From contig JBHGNT010000005.1 in assembly GCA_043228905.1 (NCBI GenBank), positions 7,378,001 through 7,442,000 on the forward strand: a stretch of 64,000 nt of DNA, read 5' to 3'. This DNA is from Azolla caroliniana (lineage: Eukaryota > Plantae > Polypodiophyta). The position numbers and the translations under genes are program-made. The notes below the pieces were generated by a model, which had not been told where the DNA came from, made no database searches, and was given only the letters and a program-made list of their open reading frames with translations. Shown here piece by piece: positions 58,748 to 64,000 of the stretch; the first letter of the stretch is position 1, and each line of letters starts with the position of its first letter.

Positions 58748-59563
58748 ATACATATGTATATGTATGTGTAACCTATGTGCCTATCTTACATACTCATACG
58801 TTATCCCTTCCTTGAACTGTCATCCAAAGCCATAAATTTGAGAGAGAACCCAAGTTCGATCCTCTCGCAATTGGCTACGCCTTGTCCCAGTGATTGTCAC
58901 TCAAGCTCTTGACTCTAGTGGATGTTTACCTTGCCCATTCCCTTTTGTCTGATAGTAACATCAAGTCTATACAGTGGACTATCAATCTTTTGTCCATGTT
59001 TTCATAAGCACGTGATTTGATGAACTTTTAGTTTCCAAGATCGTATGATTTGACAACCCAAGGGGCTAAGAGGAGGCAGTTTCTCTACTTAAAAAAAGGG
59101 TACATCTTTTCCATGCAATTTAGCTCAACAAATTTGCTCTTTTTGTATAATGCTGTATTAAGTTCATCATACTTATCAAATTGAAGATTGTGGATCAGAT
59201 AATGTTAGAAAATGAAATTCCAAATGTTTTCCCAAGTGGTTGCTAATTTGCTTATTTGAGGCCCACATGAAGCTTAAGATAATTACTATTTATGATTCTC
59301 ATATTCTAGAAGAGAGGCCAAAGGAAGTTTGACACGTTTCTCTAGCTGTGATTTTCACCCTAAAGATTATAAAACCATCATCAACTCTAGTAAGCAAAGT
59401 TGGCCAATGAAAAAGTGAGTCCTTGTCCCTCATGGGAAAATGACTGATACTTCTAGACATGATGCTAAACTGTTTGGATATAATTCTCTACTCAACTCCA
59501 CGCTTGGAATCTCTATTATATATGTACAACTCTTATGTATGCATGTCACTCTTTCGTCACTGT

Positions 59564-59778
59564 GGTTAATTTTCTTTGTTAAAAAAATGAGACTCATATC
59601 CCTTTGTCTTTTTTGTTTGAACATCTCTGTAATGATTTTGATTACTTGAATAGTTTTGTGTTCTATTTTTGGTTAATTTTCTTTGTTTAAAAAAAGGAGA
59701 TCTCATATCCCGTTTTCTTTTTTGTTTGAACGTCTATGTAATGAATTTGATCACTTAAATAGTTTTGTGTTATATTTA
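59564..59778. repeat. ~107-bp tandem duplication
   Basis: GGTTAATTTTCTTTGTT...AATAGTTTTGTGTT present twice. Confidence 0.75.
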
Positions 59779-60479
59779 TCATAGATATTTACAACATATG
59801 CGCTTATGAATCTCTAATATGGCTCCTTGATGTGGATCATATTAGTTTCTCTCCCTCCATCTTACAAATCCTTAGGACATGTATATGATTTACCTTTTTC
59901 TCGAGAACTATCACATGATTTCTTGTACATAGCACTAGTAACACATGTTTCAATGACTTTTAATTAGCATATGGCGATTGACCTTCAGACATAGGGTTTA
60001 GTCAAACATATACCTTCTTCTTGTCACGTGTCTTGACTAGGTCCATGCCCTTTTCTTTGGAATTTTTTTATCAAAATTCTCAAGAAATATAATCTATAAA
60101 ACTTAACGTGCTTATCAAATTTGTCCATTAGTTGGTTCAACAATCTTTGTACTTGTGCATGTATGAACTCCACAATAATTTCTGAAATTTTTGACCATAC
60201 TAAGTGGCCCAATTCCCTTCGTGTTAAAGTTATGATATGGTCATTTCTCTTAATTTAGATCACATGTTTCTTTTTCTTTTCCTTTTTCCAAAAAAGATCT
60301 CATGTTTCTTATCAAAGACTTTGATGTGAACCTAAATGACGGAAATATACTATCTTACTGAGGTGCAAAGCCTTGTGCTTTGTGATCCCCATGTTGTTGA
60401 CCCTTGCATTAGACATTTGTTGGGTTTTCTAATCAATTCTTGATGAGTATGTCGTGCATAATCCATGAGCATTTGAACA

Positions 60480-63400
60480 TGTTGAGAATCGAACTCAACT
60501 TCCCATAGAAATAGGTTTCACACTAAGCTCATGGACATACCAGGCTAGTCTTGTAAATAGTAGAAAGGGCCCTTGCCCTAGTTTAGTTGGTATTTAAACC
60601 AACCTTTTGTAGCTTTGTTATTGTTGGATGATAATATATAGACTTCTTGGTTAAGAACTTTCTCTCTCTCTTCTCTTTGTTGCATAACACACACAATCCT
60701 TCCGTTGCATACAACCACTCTCATTTCTTTACATGGTATCAGAGCGCATGGTAGCTTGATCCCAACCTAGACCGAAGAAACGTGTTCACGAAGAGCCGGC
60801 TAATCACTGCACAACATTCGCACAGACTGAAGAAACAGAGAAGAAATCACCATGAATACTCAGATGGGAAGTGCTCTTCCTATGGAGAAGCTCGACAGGA
60901 CAAACTTCGCATCTTGGGAGTACAAGATGCATCAGTACCTTGTCAGACAAGGATACTGGAGCTATATTGAAGGAGCTCACGAAACGCTACCCAACCCGAC
61001 ACACGCCGACTACTCAGTGTGGGAGCAGGCCGCAAACCATGTGTTGTATTGCCTTGCATCATGCTTACATGATCACATGCTTGGCTATATTCGAGAGGCG
61101 AAAATGCTGAAAGAAGCTTGGGGCAATCTCAAGAAGATCTTCGCGGCCAATACGGTTGCCCGCAAGCTCCAGCTTCGTCAGGAGTTGAATGGAATTCAAC
61201 AAAGGGACATGTCAATCGACATCTATGCCTTGAAGATCAAGGAGCTGTGCAATGCCCTCTGGTCGATCAATGTTGGCATTGATGATGAAGAAATGGTGCA
61301 AATATGCCTCAGAGGCTTGGCACCTCGATTGAGTGCAATAAGGTTTGCCGTCCTCGCAAGAGAGAATCCTCCCACCTTTTTCGATCTCCAGTCAATATTG
61401 TTGGTCGAGGAAAATCACATCCGACAAAGGAGCAACACACCAGAGGGTCAGATGCTCTACTCCCAGTCGGATGATGGAATAAATTTTGGCCGTGGAAATA
61501 GAGGCCGATTCGAACAAGGCCGTCACGGTTAGCAGACCCAAGAGCGTAACTCCCACCAATGGCAAGAGGACAGGAACAATCCCAAAGAGTTCGACAGAAG
61601 GGGGAGTCATCACACCGGACCAAGCAACCGTAATAACCCAATCAAATGCGGATACTGCGGAAAACTCAATCACTACGAAGAGGAGTGCCGAAAGAAGAAG
61701 CGAGAGTCGGCTTCAACCAGCCGACAATTCATGAATTACGCATCAAATTCCGACTACGACGATTGTAGCAGAATGTTCATGATGAGGCACAAAGCGCAAT
61801 CAATGGCGACACAAGGTGAAACAAGCACCATGCCCTCAGAGAATGTATGGTTTGTTGACTCGGGAGCATCCAACCACATGACGTCTCATGAAGATTGGTT
61901 TCGGGAATAATGAAAACCTGAACGTCCCGGATATGTCGAGACATGCGATGACACGACTCATCCAATACAGCATATCGAGAACATCCCATTCGGAAACAAC
62001 GACAAACAAACCTACCTCAAGAACGTACTACATGTTCCTACAATCATGTAAAACTAGGTCTCGGTCGGCCATATTGTTGAACAAGGAATGCACGTACGAT
62101 TCAACAATGATGAGTGCTTTATCAAAAGAGGCGATCGAGTCATAGGTCACGACCATCGTGAAGGCCGTATGTTTGTGCTCAAATTGAACGAGGTAAAATC
62201 GACCATGTTTGCAAAGGGCCTCAAAGTGCGAAAGAAAGGAATCCGACGAGAATTTTCGTGCCGTCACACACCTCAGCAAAACGGCGTAGCCGAGCGGAAG
62301 AACTGGCACATAGTAGAGGTAGCACAGGCAATGATGAACGAGAAGAACCTACTGAAATCATACTGGGCAGAAGTGGCGAACACGATCGTATACCTCATGA
62401 ATAGGTGCACAACCTCGGGAGTAAACAATGCAACCCCCATGAGAAGTTTTTCGGAAAGAAGCCGGACCTATCACATGTTCGGATATTCGGCTCCATTGCG
62501 TACATGCATATCCCCGACGAGAAGCGTCAAAAGCTCGACCCGAAGTCGGAGAAATGTATCCTCGTGGGGTACTCGCTCAAACAAAAGGGGTACAAATGCT
62601 ACAATCCATCTACCCAAGATGTCGTGTTCGACGAGTCCGCATCCTGGCACGCACCAGAGACAACTTTGACTTTGACTCCGCTTGACCCGGAATATGCCAA
62701 AATAGAGGTAGAAGCTGAAGATCGACTTACGCCCATGTTCGACGAAAGTCCAATCACGACCTGAATAAGTGGGCCATAAGAACCTCTGAGTGATCAAAGC
62801 ACATCTCGGCCAAGTCCGAAGCTGGACAAAAGGAAGGCGCAAATGGCGTAGTATGAAGACGATCACTTCGACGGCAACGAATCGACTCACTCCCTCGATA
62901 GTGAGTTCAAAGGCCTCGACATCCGGACAAATGGAGCGAAGAAAGCCTTACTATCCGTGAACGAAAAGCTACGCTAGTCCACCCGAGAGAAGAACCCCGT
63001 AAGCCGTTACGGCTACAACGAGTACACGGCGTATCATTACGCCTTTATGATGAAGGTAGCGTCAATACGGGAGCCGGAAACCCTTTTCGAAGCTGTAAAG
63101 GATCCGCGATGGGTCAACGCGATGAATGAAGAAATGCAAGCCCTATGCAAAAATGAGACACAGGATCTCGTTCCTCACATTCCACACAAGAAAACAATTG
63201 GCTATCGATGGATTTACAAAGTGAAACACAATGCCAATGACTCCATAAATCGCTTCAAAGCACGGCTCGTTGCAAAAGGATACACACAAACACACGGAGT
63301 TGACTACGAAGAGACCTTTGCTCCAGTGGCAAAGATGACAACTGTGCGGACCGTGGTTGCAATCGTAGCAGCAAAAAGGTTGCACCTTCATCAGATGGAC

Positions 63401-63918
63401 GTGAAGAACGCCTTCCTCCAAGGGGAATTAGAGGAGGAAGTGTACATGATCCAACCACCCGGCATTGAATCGCGCAATCATCCAAACGTCTTGTACTGAC
63501 TCAAGAAGCTACTCTACGCCCTCAAATAAGCACCTCGTGCGTGGCATTTGATGATCATGCAATATCTTCATCAAATCGGATTTTGAATGTCAAAATATGA
63601 TAATTGTCTCTATATCCAAAACGAATCGGATAGCCCGATTTTCATCATCCTATACATGGATGATTTGGTCATCGAAGGAAAGGAGCTCGCCGAGATTAAC
63701 AAGGTCAAATCACTTCTCTCCAGCAGATTTGAAATGAAAGACCTGTACGAGCTCCATTACTTCTTAGGCATCGAAGTAATTCGGACACCATTCGGAATAA
63801 TAATCTCATAACGACACTACGTCCTCAACTTACTCTACAAGTTCGGGATAATGGAGTGCAAACCTGTGTCCACCCCTCTTGACCGTAATCTCAAGCTTGA
63901 TGGCGATTCTGGCACAGC
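60480..63918 (+). mobile_element. Degenerate Copia (E, C family): 5' LTR 60480-60733, PBS 60734-60745, broken gag-pol
   Basis: Gag MEKLDRTNFASWEYKMHQY matches C1. Integrase and RT fragments; deletion near 62225. Confidence 0.88.
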
Positions 63919-64000
63919 TAACAATCGACAACGGTTCGGTTCAGTTTGAGAGGGTCCAAACGGAACCGTTTAAATTTTTTGAAACCTGAACCAAACCGAA
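63919..64000. mobile_element. hAT MITE of the same family as 42528-43118, opposite orientation, runs off the window
   Basis: TIR TAACAATCGACAACGGTTCGG followed by the reverse complement of the right end of the 42528 copy. Confidence 0.85.

Overview
Land-plant nuclear DNA, probably a non-seed plant such as a fern or lycophyte (inferred from TE lineages and composition). Bases 1-47200 are a deeply nested block of LTR retrotransposons. It includes an old Copia (C0) interrupted by a young Copia (A, TSD GGCTC), itself interrupted by a very young non-chromovirus Ty3/Gypsy (G1; LTRs look identical, TSD ATAAC) with gag-pol plus an extra coiled-coil ORF. It also holds a Copia with an internal inversion, a full-length Copia (TSD ATATG), a self-priming Tcn1/Tf1-like Gypsy carrying two hAT MITEs, and several solo LTRs. 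A gene island follows: a CBS-PB1 pseudogene, a 10-exon CCS52/FZR (CDH1) APC/C activator and an intronless, catalytically dead HARBI1/ALP1-like gene. The window ends in another decayed Copia and a MITE. The most striking signal: G1 has no polypurine tract. Two nt before its 3' LTR it carries a tRNA-Arg-like 3' half (T-arm plus ...GCGTGCCA) complementary to its own PBS, suggesting dual tRNA priming or an element-encoded tRNA mimic. Several LTRs also carry antisense tRNA-like (box A/B) modules. All alignments were made by eye.
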